Source: Candidatus Poribacteria bacterium
GTDB taxonomy: Bacteria; Poribacteria; WGA-4E; PCPOR2b
Assembly: GCA_965208325.1 (NCBI GenBank)
Contig: OZ242326.1
Span: 1,184,001-1,248,000, forward strand
DNA length: 64,000 nucleotides
Reading direction: 5' to 3'
The number at the start of each line of letters is the position of its first letter. Within the stretch, counting starts at the first letter, position 1. Of this stretch, positions 63,445 to 64,000 are shown one piece after another. Made by a program: the position numbers and the translations under genes. A model generated the notes under the pieces. The model was not told where the DNA came from, ran no database searches, and saw nothing but the letters and a program-made list of their open reading frames with translations.

Positions 63445-64000
63445 ATGAAAGCGCTGACTAGCACAATCTGCTTTATCGCGGCAATCACCGCCCACGCGTC
63501 TAACGATTTGGTGGTCGGCGTCTGGCTTTTCAACGAGGGCAAAGGTTGGTACACCTACAACGAAGCGGGCATGCGTTCATCAGTTTTAGGAGATCGGTCA
63601 TGGGCAGACGGCAGGTTTGGGAAATGCTTGGATTTTAGCACAAACCAGCTGTCAAGGATCAGGGATTTGCCTCATCAAATGCCAACAGAGGAAATAACGG
63701 TTACGGCCTGGACAAAGATTATTGACTTTCGTAACGCACGACTATTCGACTCCACGCCAGACTTCGACAATCCAAATTGGACTATCGGCGTGTTATTGCC
63801 TTGGGACGACAGTGTACGGTGGCGGTTCGGATCGCCATTCGTTGAATTGGCTGCCGAATTGGATAGTCAGGTCAAAGATGTCTGGCGGCACTGGGCGTTT
63901 TGCATAGCAGGCGCGGCAATCTAATGTCAATCTATCTTGATGGCGAATTGTTTGCATCGTTGAATAAATCGACAACATACGTCCCGCCTGAAGATACCCC
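63445..64000 (+). pseudogene. secreted LamG-like protein, frameshifted near 63900, running off the window
   Basis: LVVGVWLFNEGKG, WADGRFG, WRHWAF; the LamG pattern continues in another frame as LHSRRGNLMSIYLDGE. Confidence 0.7.

Noticed and set aside
1..64000. tRNA, rRNA, transposase, integrase, prophage or defence genes
   Set aside because: None recognised by eye; tRNAscan, Rfam and HMM searches would be needed to exclude them

Overview
64 kb of bacterial chromosome (diderm, roughly 50% GC by eye). Several traits point to Candidatus Poribacteria or a relative: secreted LamG-type proteins ending in a 'V/I-x-P-x-S-K/N-L-x-T-x-W-G-x-L/I-K' tail, three PhyH-family dioxygenases, a DUF4159 protein and an FG-GAP/ASPIC-UnbV protein. 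That assignment is inference, not a database result. Housekeeping genes are ispD, ispF, cysS, dprA, accA, pstSCAB-phoU, thiI, rtcA, glnD, gpmI, a stand-alone fusA, aroC, leuS and rnj. Observations the ORF track does not explain: (1) a 599-bp-period tandem array of three membrane-anchored coiled-coil genes that differ by whole 7- or 11-residue modules; (2) directly downstream of it, a catalytic-plus-degenerate pair of thymidylate-kinase-like genes resembling heteromeric family-3 polyphosphate kinase, one with a duplicated P-loop; (3) a decayed phoR/phoB remnant beside an intact pst operon that keeps a Pho-box-like promoter; (4) further hidden pseudogenes (a GH127 paralog, mgtE, a frameshifted LamG gene); (5) two families of GTAG-type REP palindromes; (6) an HxG-type PhyH enzyme (possible halogenase) and a probable ATT start codon. 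No tRNA, rRNA, CRISPR array or transposase was recognised.
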